DNA of 64,000 bases from a virus. Its lineage: Duplodnaviria > Heunggongvirae > Uroviricota > Caudoviricetes. The position numbers were made by a program, and so were the translations under genes. Under the pieces are notes generated by a model that saw nothing but the letters and a program-made list of their open reading frames with translations, had not been told where the DNA came from and did no database searches. Location of the stretch: IMG/VR virus record IMGVR_UViG_3300021256_000061. The stretch is one strand, 5' to 3'. Below, piece by piece: positions 16,969-25,789 of the stretch (its first letter is position 1; each line of letters begins with the position of its first letter).

Positions 16969-18495
16969 ATGGCAAACAACAACACAAAATGGTCGGTCTT
17001 TCAGCAAGACATTTTCGCAAGGGTAGCGGATGCCCACTTCGGTAGTTTCACAATCAACGCAGTTGCAGGTAGCGGTAAAACCACCACTATCGTGGAGTGC
17101 GCCAATAGACTTGCCAATACTGGCTTGTCCATCCTTTTTCTTGCTTTCAACAAGAGCATTGTAACCGAACTTCGTGGTCGGCTGCCTCAGTCTATTGACT
17201 GCAAGACACTCCACTCTCACGGCTTTGGCGCGTTACTCCGTGCCGTAGGCAATGGCAATAAGATTGCCACCGATGAGGGCAAGTGGGGTAACTTTATCAA
17301 AGATAACCTCCACCACCTTTCCGCTATGACCTTTGCCGATGATGCAGAGGGGACAATTCTCCGTAACAACTTCGTTGGCAACTGCGCCAAACTCCTTGAC
17401 AAGTGCCGTGTCAATCTCGTTAAGGGTGGCGAAACAAGGCGCATAGAGGACATTGCCGACCACTTCGGCTTTGACCTCATAGGCGATGAAATCGCAGTTG
17501 TCAGCACCTGCCTTGAAACCGCCTACAAGGTGGACACGAAGATAGACTTCGTGGATATGATAACCACTTCCGTTTTCTCCGCAAAGCGGTATATCCGCAA
17601 GTACGATGTTGTGTTCGTGGATGAGGCACAAGACCTCAACAAAGCCCAGCAAGAACTCCTTTTGGCATCCCTTACCCCCAATGGTCGCTTTATCGCGGTA
17701 GGCGATAAGAAACAAGCCATAAATGGCTTTGCAGGTGCTGACTGCGACTCTTTCGCCAACCTCACACGCATTGCCGACAACAAGTGCCTGCCCCTTTCCG
17801 TTTGCTATCGTTGCGACAAAGCAATGATTGACCTCGCCAAAGCCATTGTCCCTGAAATCTCCTGCCCCGACACAAAGGCGGATGGTATCGTGGAACACGC
17901 CACTCGTTTTGAGGGGTTAAAGGGTGGCGATATGGTGCTTTGTCGCAAGTCTGCCCCCCTTGTCGGTCTTTGCCTTAAAATGATTGCCAAAGGCATCTCC
18001 GCCAATGTTAAGGGTAGGGATATTTGTGAGGGACTTCGCACCCTCATTGAGAAGATGAGAGCCAAGAACATATCTTCTCTTATGACCAAACTTGACCACG
18101 AAATGGAACTTGCCATCCGCAGGGCAAACAAGAAAGGACTGACCGCCGAAACCGCACCTTTCGTGGTTACTCTCCAAGACAAGATTGACTGCATTTCCAT
18201 TATCGCTGATGGTTGCAGTTCTATCTCCGAACTCCTTGCCAAGTTGGACACCCTCTTTGCCGACAATATCAACGGCAATGTGGTTACCCTCTCCACCATC
18301 CACAAAGCAAAGGGACTTGAAAGCGACAATGTGTTTATCGTTCTCCCCGACAAACTCCCCCTGCGTTTTAAGGGACAAAAGGATTGGGAATTTGAGCAGG
18401 AAATGAACCTTTGCTATGTTGCCTACACAAGAGCCAAACACCACCTCACTTTCATAGACCTTGATGAAGATGGACTTAACTCCTATCAGTTCTAA
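16969..18495 (+). CDS. UvrD/PcrA-like superfamily-1 DNA helicase (508 aa from ATG; ORF track uses TTG at 16942)
   Basis: Walker A AVAGSGKTTT, motif II VFVDEAQDL, motif VI-like TIHKAKGLESDNVFIV. Confidence 0.8.
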   Translation: MANNNTKWSVFQQDIFARVADAHFGSFTINAVAGSGKTTTIVECANRLANTGLSILFLAFNKSIVTELRGRLPQSIDCKTLHSHGFGALLRAVGNGNKIATDEGKWGNFIKDNLHHLSAMTFADDAEGTILRNNFVGNCAKLLDKCRVNLVKGGETRRIEDIADHFGFDLIGDEIAVVSTCLETAYKVDTKIDFVDMITTSVFSAKRYIRKYDVVFVDEAQDLNKAQQELLLASLTPNGRFIAVGDKKQAINGFAGADCDSFANLTRIADNKCLPLSVCYRCDKAMIDLAKAIVPEISCPDTKADGIVEHATRFEGLKGGDMVLCRKSAPLVGLCLKMIAKGISANVKGRDICEGLRTLIEKMRAKNISSLMTKLDHEMELAIRRANKKGLTAETAPFVVTLQDKIDCISIIADGCSSISELLAKLDTLFADNINGNVVTLSTIHKAKGLESDNVFIVLPDKLPLRFKGQKDWEFEQEMNLCYVAYTRAKHHLTFIDLDEDGLNSYQF

Positions 18496-18517
18496 CTGAA
18501 AGCCACCACCAAAGAAA

Positions 18518-18545
18518 GCCACCCCAACAAGGGTGGTTTTTTTTG
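18518..18545 (+). terminator. rho-independent terminator
   Basis: gccacccc aacaa ggggtggt + T8. Confidence 0.65.
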
Positions 18546-19057
18546 TACCCAAACGCAACACTCACGCATACCCCCCTTATATCCCCCCACAAACGGAGTT
18601 TGTGGCTCTCCCCCTTTTACAATCTCTATGTAGAGAAATCCCCAAATAGGCCGAATTTGGCCAATTCCAGGCCCGTAGAGCCATTTATAACCAAAAGATG
18701 ATAAATTATATGTCCGCAACCCTTTAAGGCCCTTAAATGGCTTTTATTCGCTTTATGAAAAAATTTAGCACATTTTGTCAGTTTTGTGAAAGAATATCAA
18801 ACAATGTCAGTATATGATAGTGAAAGCAATTTGAAACACTGCAAACCCTTGAAACCCTTATTCCTACGGAATAACAAAAAAAAGTTAAAAAAGTTTTCAA
18901 GTTATTGCAATAGTGGCATTGTTTTTGTTGATAGGCATTTCAGTTCTTTGACAATACGATTTTTCAGCATATAGGGCGAAAGGTCTATCCGCTTGCTACC
19001 TTTCGGCTAACCCTATGGGTAAACGCAAGCATAATCTCTCTTATCCAAACAAACGAT

Positions 19058-19702
19058 ATGAAGAAGATTACAAAGGTCGCTGACCTTATCAGCATTGTCC
19101 GCACTGCAAAGGCAGGTGGTCAGTTCGCTACCATTTCGGGCGAGCATAACACAAAGTTCAACGCCTTTCCCAACGAGGAATACTGCAAAGCAAAGGGCAT
19201 CACCCTCGCAAGCGGTAAGGGGAGCAAAGCACTGAACGAACCCTACCGCTTTGGTGGTGAAGATTTCAAGTTCCGCTTTAAGGTGGCTTTCCACTTTGGG
19301 CAAGACTATGACCGCACCCTCGCCAAACTCGGTTTGGAACGCAGCGAGAACGGAGCAAACAAGCCGATAGACCACTTTGGCGGTATCGCAATCGGCTACC
19401 CCACCACCAACAATATTTGCCTTGTCTATATGGAGGGCAACTACAAAGGCGAGGGGTACTACCTTGACGGAAAAAAGGTAGAGGACAACGAAACCCTTGA
19501 ATACATTAAGGGGTACAAGTCCACAAGCAACTCCACGCAAGCGGTAGAATACCGCACTCTCGGTGTCCGCAATATCCGCACCCTTGCGGTCGCAGGCGAG
19601 GTCTATGAGGTGGAAATCAACGAAATTTCCCCAAAAGACTACGATGCAGTCTGCACCCTCTTTGGGGTGGCTCGCGAACCCATAGAAACAAAGGTCGGTT
19701 AA
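19058..19702 (+). CDS. hypothetical protein (214 aa)
   Basis: ORF; GC-richer codon usage like the helicase gene. Confidence 0.5.
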   Translation: MKKITKVADLISIVRTAKAGGQFATISGEHNTKFNAFPNEEYCKAKGITLASGKGSKALNEPYRFGGEDFKFRFKVAFHFGQDYDRTLAKLGLERSENGANKPIDHFGGIAIGYPTTNNICLVYMEGNYKGEGYYLDGKKVEDNETLEYIKGYKSTSNSTQAVEYRTLGVRNIRTLAVAGEVYEVEINEISPKDYDAVCTLFGVAREPIETKVG

Positions 19703-20024
19703 TCCGCCTTTCCACGAAGATTAAACGCACTCCAATCGGGGTGCGTTTTTTCGTTTCTACCTATGATGCGAGGGCAACGCAAATAAAGGCTCTCTAACAC
19801 GTTTATAACCCCACAAAGGTATAACTATGCCACTTTTCCCCATAAGGGCAAAATAGGTGGCTTTCCGCCCCATTTATGGGCATAGTGCTGGGGTATATGG
19901 GGGACACCCCCTCCCCCGTAAACCCCCTCGCCCCCGCCCCGCAGGGGCATACCCCAAAAGGCGCCCCACAGTTGCTCGCGAAAAATTTTTCCCAGAAAAT
20001 CGACTTTTATTTAGGGCCCACCCC

Positions 20025-20165
20025 CTTCTCTGAAAAAATGCCTTTCCAAAAAATTTTTTACCCCAAAATTTTCGAGTTTTTTCCAGGGGGGTACCCCTTC
20101 TGTTTTAAAAATGCCTTTTCAAAAAATTTTTTACCCTAAAAATCCGCAAAAAACTCCAAAATGCT
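20025..20165. repeat. about 75-bp tandem direct repeat x2 (aaaaatgcctttccaaaaaattttttacccc ...) next to a C/G-tract region 19905-19945
   Basis: Read directly; poly-C runs give G4 potential on the minus strand; non-coding. Confidence 0.7.
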
Positions 20166-20202
20166 TTTCTTTTGTCTATTTATATGAAAATCTTATATTT
20201 TC

Positions 20203-21321
20203 ATGCGTCTTGACGAGGTGGCATATTCTCCAGACATCGTATGGATTACATACGGTTGGGACCACTTTGACCCGTCCAAGTTCGAGAGGGCGCGGGTTGG
20301 GGACGAGAGGTATGACTACACGAACAAGCCTTGCGGGGGCCTATGGGCGTGTCCTGTGAACAGCGAGTGGGGCTGGAGCCATTGGTGTCGTACGGAGGAC
20401 TTCAGGGCAGACTCTCTCAAGAAGTCGTTTTGTTTCAGGTTAAAACCGAAGGCCAAGATATATGTCATCGACAATGCCGAGGACCTGGGGAAGATATCGT
20501 TGCATGTAAGCGGTCAATATACCAGCAGGTTGGTTTTCAACATTGATTATGGGCGACTGATAGAGAGTGGGTATGACGGGATTTACCTGACGGATAACGG
20601 TCTGTTCTCTTGCCGTGAGGGTGTGGACATTGAGGGGAATAAATTTGTCCCGCACGCGAACTGGGCCACGATACCGTTAATCCAGGGGATGAGCAGCTGG
20701 GACGTCGAATCTATTTGTGTCTTTAACCCTGACGTAATTATTCCGATAGAGAAGGAAGCGGAACCGCAGGGTATGAAAAGTATCACAATCAGCGAATCCG
20801 ATATAAGGACGATGGTTAGGAAAATCATACGGGAGATTAGTGAAGGCCAGTTCAATGTCAGGGGTGTATATCATGTTTCGGGCAATGCCTTTGATGAATT
20901 TAAGGAGGGGAACTTCCCTTGTTTCTTTTTTTCCAACAAGCCCATACGAATAAACGGCAGCAAGTATACATATCTTTGCAATCTATCTTTGCATAATCCT
21001 GTTAAGTTCAGCTGTCAAATGTCTTGGAGTTATTCTTTATGGCTATATCTTTCGGACAGTGACGGGCGCCTGATACCCGAGGAGGAATTTACCAGAGAGA
21101 AATATGACGGGTATTTGGGATGTCCTTATGAATTCTGGGAAAGAGTTTATTATGATGATTTCGCATACTCTGTTGACGATGCGCCTGGTTTGTTAAAAAG
21201 TTTGAACCTGGGTTATGACGGCATGATTATAAAGGGTGTGTCCGAAGGTGACACTGGAATTGACGTGGATGACTATGTTGTCTTTGATGCTGGCCAGATA
21301 CAAATTGTAAGGAGATATTAA
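20203..21321 (+). CDS. motif-family protein (372 aa) with C-terminal domain shared with 28506..29043
   Basis: Contains the 22-aa motif ITISESDIRTMVRKIIREISEG and a GVYHVSGNAFDEF...GCPYEFWERVYYDD domain paralogous to the 28.5-kb gene. Confidence 0.55.
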   Translation: MRLDEVAYSPDIVWITYGWDHFDPSKFERARVGDERYDYTNKPCGGLWACPVNSEWGWSHWCRTEDFRADSLKKSFCFRLKPKAKIYVIDNAEDLGKISLHVSGQYTSRLVFNIDYGRLIESGYDGIYLTDNGLFSCREGVDIEGNKFVPHANWATIPLIQGMSSWDVESICVFNPDVIIPIEKEAEPQGMKSITISESDIRTMVRKIIREISEGQFNVRGVYHVSGNAFDEFKEGNFPCFFFSNKPIRINGSKYTYLCNLSLHNPVKFSCQMSWSYSLWLYLSDSDGRLIPEEEFTREKYDGYLGCPYEFWERVYYDDFAYSVDDAPGLLKSLNLGYDGMIIKGVSEGDTGIDVDDYVVFDAGQIQIVRRY

Positions 21322-21353
21322 ATTCTGTTATTTACAGATTTTTCTTCCTGTTG

Positions 21354-21366
21354 GACTATTTATAAA
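21354..21366 (+). promoter_or_regulatory. conserved upstream motif GACTATTTATAAA (class-2 promoter-like element), representative of 9 copies
   Basis: AACTATTTAT(A/T) found 18-60 nt upstream of ATGs at 21385, 27593, 29091, 30437, 36262, 37958, 41900, 49577, 60932. Confidence 0.45.
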
Positions 21367-21384
21367 TTGAACACCGATAAGAAT

Positions 21385-21975
21385 ATGAAAAAGAATACAA
21401 TAAAGATTAATGAAAACACCCTCAGGCAGATTGTTGCTGAGAGCGTGAAGAGGGTATTAAACGAAAGAAGGGGCAGAAATCCGTATGGCTATATGGACTT
21501 TGACCAGGACGCCTATGATAAGTGGGAAAACGAAACACATATACCTCAAGAGGTCATGGAAATGGTGAATCATGTGGCCGAGAAAATCGGTATGGGGTCC
21601 GTGGAGGAAACCGTCGTACATTTGACTAACAGGTGGGGCGAGACAATTGGTTATGGAAAAGGTATCAGCTTAACGCATTGTACGAGCTCGTATGCTGATG
21701 GACCATCCACCGACTATTCGTCCGTATTTGCAAAATGGTGTAAGGGCTTGGGTTTTGAAGAATGTGACTCCCACGGCGATAACGGTATGGATTCTGCGAC
21801 AAACTGGCACGACACCTATTGGACTCACGAATTTGTCTATGAGGGCACCGAAATTTATAATGACGACCTCGAACATTTCGTCCCTTATGATGAGAATGAC
21901 GAAGACGCTTATGCTGAATATTTGGATTATGAGGATGAAAGCATGTATGACGATGACGATGATTACGGATATTAA
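21385..21975 (+). CDS. motif-family protein with acidic C-terminus (196 aa from ATG; ORF track uses TTG 21367)
   Basis: N-terminal IKINENTLRQIVAESVKRVLNE motif; C-terminal DDDDDYGY. Confidence 0.5.
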   Translation: MKKNTIKINENTLRQIVAESVKRVLNERRGRNPYGYMDFDQDAYDKWENETHIPQEVMEMVNHVAEKIGMGSVEETVVHLTNRWGETIGYGKGISLTHCTSSYADGPSTDYSSVFAKWCKGLGFEECDSHGDNGMDSATNWHDTYWTHEFVYEGTEIYNDDLEHFVPYDENDEDAYAEYLDYEDESMYDDDDDYGY

Positions 21976-22002
21976 TAAGGAAACCAAATAAATAATGAAA
22001 TG

Positions 22003-22028
22003 GGCCGCTAAAAACAGCGGCCTTTTTC
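22003..22028 (+). terminator. rho-independent terminator
   Basis: ggccgct aaaaac agcggcc + T5. Confidence 0.6.
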
Positions 22029-22074
22029 TTTACTATATGTTTTCTTTCCTTTATATTTAATAAAAACGTTGAAC

Positions 22075-22821
22075 ATGGTAGAATTGAATAAGATATATTG
22101 TTGCGATGTTCTCGATGGGCTAAGGCAATTGGAGGATAAGAGTGTTGACCTAATAATCACATCACCTCCGTACAACAAGGCTGGATTTAATGGAAAGGTA
22201 AAGAGAACCAAAAACTGCATATGGAATAAAACCATAGATTATTCGGGGGATGTGGATGTTGATTGTATGCCAGAGGATGAATATGAGGCCTGGCAAGTTG
22301 AAATACTTAACGAATGTTTCCGCGTTCTCAAATCTGATGGTTCAATGTTTTATAATCATAAAATAAGGACTAAAAAAAACCAAATATCACATCCAATTGA
22401 ATGGATTGGTAGGTCCAGGTTTAACTGTAGGCAAATAATTACGTGGGACAGGACTAATTCACCAAATCAAGACACTTGTAGATACGTACCCACAACAGAG
22501 CTCATATTTTGGCTGAACAAAACGAATAAAAACCCAAAATTTAAAAGGGCGGATAATGTATTATTCAAAACGGATGTATGGAGACTACCGCCTCAGAAAA
22601 ACACACAACACCCAGCGCCGTTTCCTATTGAAATACCCGACAATATAATCCCATCTGTATCACAAGGGGAACGCATTGTGGTGTTGGACCCATTTATGGG
22701 AAGTGGAACGGTGGCGAGGTCTGCAATAAGACATGGTTGTGACTATATAGGTTTTGAAATTTCAAAAGAATATTGCGACTGGGCGAACGCTGATATAAAA
22801 AACAAAAGGGGGCTTTTTTAG
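22075..22821 (+). CDS. DNA methyltransferase, N4/N6 (beta-class) family
   Basis: Motif IV IITSPPY near the N-terminus and motif I DPFMGSGT near the C-terminus (PF01555-type order); ATG at 22075 (track start 22069 is TTG). Confidence 0.75.
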   Translation: MVELNKIYCCDVLDGLRQLEDKSVDLIITSPPYNKAGFNGKVKRTKNCIWNKTIDYSGDVDVDCMPEDEYEAWQVEILNECFRVLKSDGSMFYNHKIRTKKNQISHPIEWIGRSRFNCRQIITWDRTNSPNQDTCRYVPTTELIFWLNKTNKNPKFKRADNVLFKTDVWRLPPQKNTQHPAPFPIEIPDNIIPSVSQGERIVVLDPFMGSGTVARSAIRHGCDYIGFEISKEYCDWANADIKNKRGLF

Positions 22822-22835
22822 TCCCCCTTGTTTTA
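22806..22835. terminator. bidirectional hairpin terminator between convergent genes
   Basis: aagggggct tttttta gtccccctt flanked by A/T runs. Confidence 0.5.
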
Positions 22836-22856
22836 TTTTAATATAGTATGGTTATT

Positions 22857-23906
22857 TTACACTGCAACCTTGCGCCTTTTGGTTGTATCGCCGTTCACCC
22901 ATTTGGTGTAAGTTACTTCTAGCTCACATATTGGGCAGCCCTTGAAGACTTTGAACGTGATAGCGCCAAGATTCCACTGGCTGGCAATCATGAGTTTATG
23001 CGATTTATTTAGTGTCATCGATTCAAAGAAGGCTTTTTGGGAACATCTGCCATCGGCCCACCTTGCAACAATCTCGCGAGTAACTTCGACAATCTTTTCT
23101 TTGGGATTGAGCCCGAAGGTTAGTGACAGCTTTTCAATGTACCTCAAGTAAGACATGAGCGTAAGCCCAGGGTTCTGACCGCGTACAACAACATCTCTTT
23201 TTAACTTGCCATTATCCGATTTATCAAACTGGGTTCCAACTTCGTTCACGAAAATTTTGTAGGCCTCTTTATATGCTTCATGGTTGCATCTCAAGTCTTC
23301 TGTATTGTAGTTTGCACCGTCCATCTTGCTCCACTTATCAGCAAAATAAATGTCACCTACGATATGCATTGACTTGGTCTTAATGACATTTTCCTGATAA
23401 TCAATCATATCATCGTAAATGTCTTTTGCTTCACCGCCGATGGCCTTTGCGTGTGCGCCAGCTTTCTGCTTTGCGCTCCATTCCTTTTGTTTTAGAATGT
23501 TGTTGTGTTCTGTAAATGCCCTAACATCCGCAAGCGTTTTGCATGTATAAGAAAGAATAGGAACATCTTCGAAGGGCAAAGTATTGCCGCGCATGTCTGC
23601 CAGGAGCATTGCGGCCCGTCGCCCAATACCATCAACTAAATACCACGTGTCGTTTTCTTCGCAATGTGCAACGAGAATTGGCTTACCAAGACAATAGCCA
23701 GTTTTAAGAAAGGACGAGAGATATGTGTTAGCCCTACTAAGTAGTTCTATTGCATCTTGTTCGGTGTATCCATTACTTATCGCCTCCTGTTCGTCAAGAA
23801 ATGGATTTCTATTAATGGGAATATCGACAACATATTTTGTCTTAACAGTCTCAATGTTTTCCATTGAGGCCCCCAAAAGTTTTGCCGAATATGACTGTGG
23901 TTTCAT
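22857..23906 (-). CDS. ParB/Srx-like N-terminal domain protein (349 aa)
   Basis: WYLVDGIGRRAAMLLA matches the ParB-like DGxxRxxA motif; rest unassigned. Confidence 0.45.
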   Translation of the reverse strand: MKPQSYSAKLLGASMENIETVKTKYVVDIPINRNPFLDEQEAISNGYTEQDAIELLSRANTYLSSFLKTGYCLGKPILVAHCEENDTWYLVDGIGRRAAMLLADMRGNTLPFEDVPILSYTCKTLADVRAFTEHNNILKQKEWSAKQKAGAHAKAIGGEAKDIYDDMIDYQENVIKTKSMHIVGDIYFADKWSKMDGANYNTEDLRCNHEAYKEAYKIFVNEVGTQFDKSDNGKLKRDVVVRGQNPGLTLMSYLRYIEKLSLTFGLNPKEKIVEVTREIVARWADGRCSQKAFFESMTLNKSHKLMIASQWNLGAITFKVFKGCPICELEVTYTKWVNGDTTKRRKVAV

Positions 23907-23907
23907 A

Positions 23908-24333
23908 CTAAAGTCTCCTAAAGTTTTTATGCATGGAAACTTCGAGGTCGGTTCTCAGGTCTGTGGCGAAGGTTCTGGCACTTTTTTCGTCGGGGAAAGC
24001 GCAGAGCGGCTTCAGATACCCCTTTCCGCCATACATTCTTATGGTGGAAGAACAATAACCGAGTGAAATGGAGCGAGAGAAGGGTGTTTTAGATGAGACA
24101 ACACCGAAATCGTTGGTTTCCCCTAGTTGTAGTTTGTAAACCACGTACTTACCAACGAGCTTGGAGGGGCTACCACAAAGGTAGATTTTTGAGTTACCTG
24201 GGAGTTCTGTGAGAATTCTACCAGAGGCGCGGTCAACGGGTTCGAGGGCTAATTGATACGCCTTTTTTCTTTCGGAAAATTTAGACATGTTTAAATTTTT
24301 TAAAATAAATAAAATAAACTTTTTTAAAAACAA
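23908..24333 (-). CDS. hypothetical protein (141 aa)
   Basis: ORF; caaaaatcatgccaaag motif about 70 nt upstream (24399-24425). Confidence 0.45.
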   Translation of the reverse strand: MFLKKFILFILKNLNMSKFSERKKAYQLALEPVDRASGRILTELPGNSKIYLCGSPSKLVGKYVVYKLQLGETNDFGVVSSKTPFSRSISLGYCSSTIRMYGGKGYLKPLCAFPDEKSARTFATDLRTDLEVSMHKNFRRL

Positions 24334-24651
24334 TAAATTTTACAACGCAAATGTAGCAAAAAAATTCAACGATGCAAATTTTTCAACTATTTTTTTACTT
24401 CAAAAATCATGCCAAAGTAAATTTTTAGGCTTTGCTATCTTTATTCCAAAAATTTCTTTCCATCAATTTTTATTTTTCATAATTAAAATTTTAAAACGTT
24501 AACTGTTTCATCATCTCAGACAATGCCCTTTTCCCGCACTCTGTTACCTTTTTCGCTTTTTCAGCAGAATGCCAATAAAAACAGTTTGGCATATATGTTT
24601 CCCAGAAGGAATTTCTATCAATCTTTTCGGCTAATGTTTGTTTCTCCATTG

Positions 24652-24900
24652 CTACAGGTTAATTCTAAGGGTTATATATGCGAGTATTCCGAAGCGGTTC
24701 TCGGGCTTGAGCGCCTTTTCCGATACAGCATTTACTGCAGTAATGAATTTTTCAACGACGTCGACGGGATAGTTGCAGAGGGAAAGGATTTTCTCTTTCA
24801 TTTCCTCTTCTGTTACGCACTCCCTTGTTAATGTAGAGAACGCATCAACCATTACCATTGTGTCGTTTGTAGTGTATTTAAGTTTTTCCATTTTACGCAT
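24652..24900 (-). CDS. hypothetical protein (82 aa)
   Basis: ORF contiguous with the downstream minus-strand gene. Confidence 0.4.
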   Translation of the reverse strand: MRKMEKLKYTTNDTMVMVDAFSTLTRECVTEEEMKEKILSLCNYPVDVVEKFITAVNAVSEKALKPENRFGILAYITLRINL

Positions 24901-24903
24901 GGC

Positions 24904-25665
24904 TTAATATTCCATTTCAAGGAGGTGTTTTTCCATAAGGAATTCATTAAGAATCTCGGGGTATTTCACAATCTGCTCGGCGAAGGCTTCTGCGTCCTTA
25001 TAGACATCCCAAAGCGGTTTTTCGATATTATGCTCCTTGAGGAAGTCATAATCGGTAAGATGGTGATATGTTTCGAAGAAAAGCTCACCACCGTCAAGGT
25101 TATCACCATCTACGTTGAATTTATTGTAGAGTTCGTTGATTGATTTCTCCACATAATCCGCGGTAATATTCTCTGGGGCGGTAATTTTTACCGTATCGAG
25201 AAGGTTACTGAGATGATAGAGCAATGTGTAAAGACGGTAATCGTTATTTACTTCGATTGAGAAGTTCAGCTGTTCGTTATCGTCGGGATTAAATGCGGGA
25301 AATACCCACTCTTCCTTGAAGCCTTCAAAATAGCAGTCGGCAATGTCTTTTCCGTAGCCGTCTGACACCAAATCCTTAGGAATAATTACCCCTTCCTTAG
25401 GGCGATACGGTAGTTGAACCGATACTTTCCAATCATAGAAATTATCCCTGCAGATAATCTTGACGCCATTTCTCATGGTAAAGCCGTAGACGGGGAGGGT
25501 TATGGATTTTGAGCGGTGAGTTGAAATGACGAATGCAGGAACATGGAGAAGATAATTGCAAACGCTGTCGCGCATAAAGACTTCCTGCCGTTCCGCTGCG
25601 TTCTTATAAATCATCTTATCGTCGACTTCATCGTTACGAAGCCATGAAAGGAGCAACTGTTTCAT
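24904..25665 (-). CDS. hypothetical protein (253 aa)
   Basis: ORF. Confidence 0.5.
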   Translation of the reverse strand: MKQLLLSWLRNDEVDDKMIYKNAAERQEVFMRDSVCNYLLHVPAFVISTHRSKSITLPVYGFTMRNGVKIICRDNFYDWKVSVQLPYRPKEGVIIPKDLVSDGYGKDIADCYFEGFKEEWVFPAFNPDDNEQLNFSIEVNNDYRLYTLLYHLSNLLDTVKITAPENITADYVEKSINELYNKFNVDGDNLDGGELFFETYHHLTDYDFLKEHNIEKPLWDVYKDAEAFAEQIVKYPEILNEFLMEKHLLEMEY

Positions 25666-25789
25666 ATTTTTAAAATTTAAAGTTTTCGTTCATTTTCGTC
25701 ATATAATAGACTTGAGAAGGCTTATTCCTTCGTATGAATCTTTATATGCAAAAATCATGCCAAAAGGTAATAAAACCGTATAAAGAAAC

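Noticed and set aside
17217-18561. Minus-strand ORFs 17233..17898, 17805..18353, 17917..18561 and others
   Set aside because: Antisense to the UvrD-like helicase gene, which carries Walker A/B and motif VI. Their Ala/Ser/Arg-rich low-complexity translations are typical of spurious antisense ORFs.
19876-20359. ORFs 19876..20139 and 20111..20359 (Pro/Gly-rich translations)
   Set aside because: They span the C-tract and 75-bp repeat non-coding junction. Low-complexity translation and no start context.
22008-22235. 75-aa minus-strand ORF
   Set aside because: Overlaps the terminator and the start of the DNA methyltransferase gene on the other strand. No promoter motif.
24523-24831. 102-aa plus-strand ORF
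   Set aside because: Antisense to 24652..24900, which is contiguous with the downstream minus-strand gene. No AACTATTTAT motif upstream.
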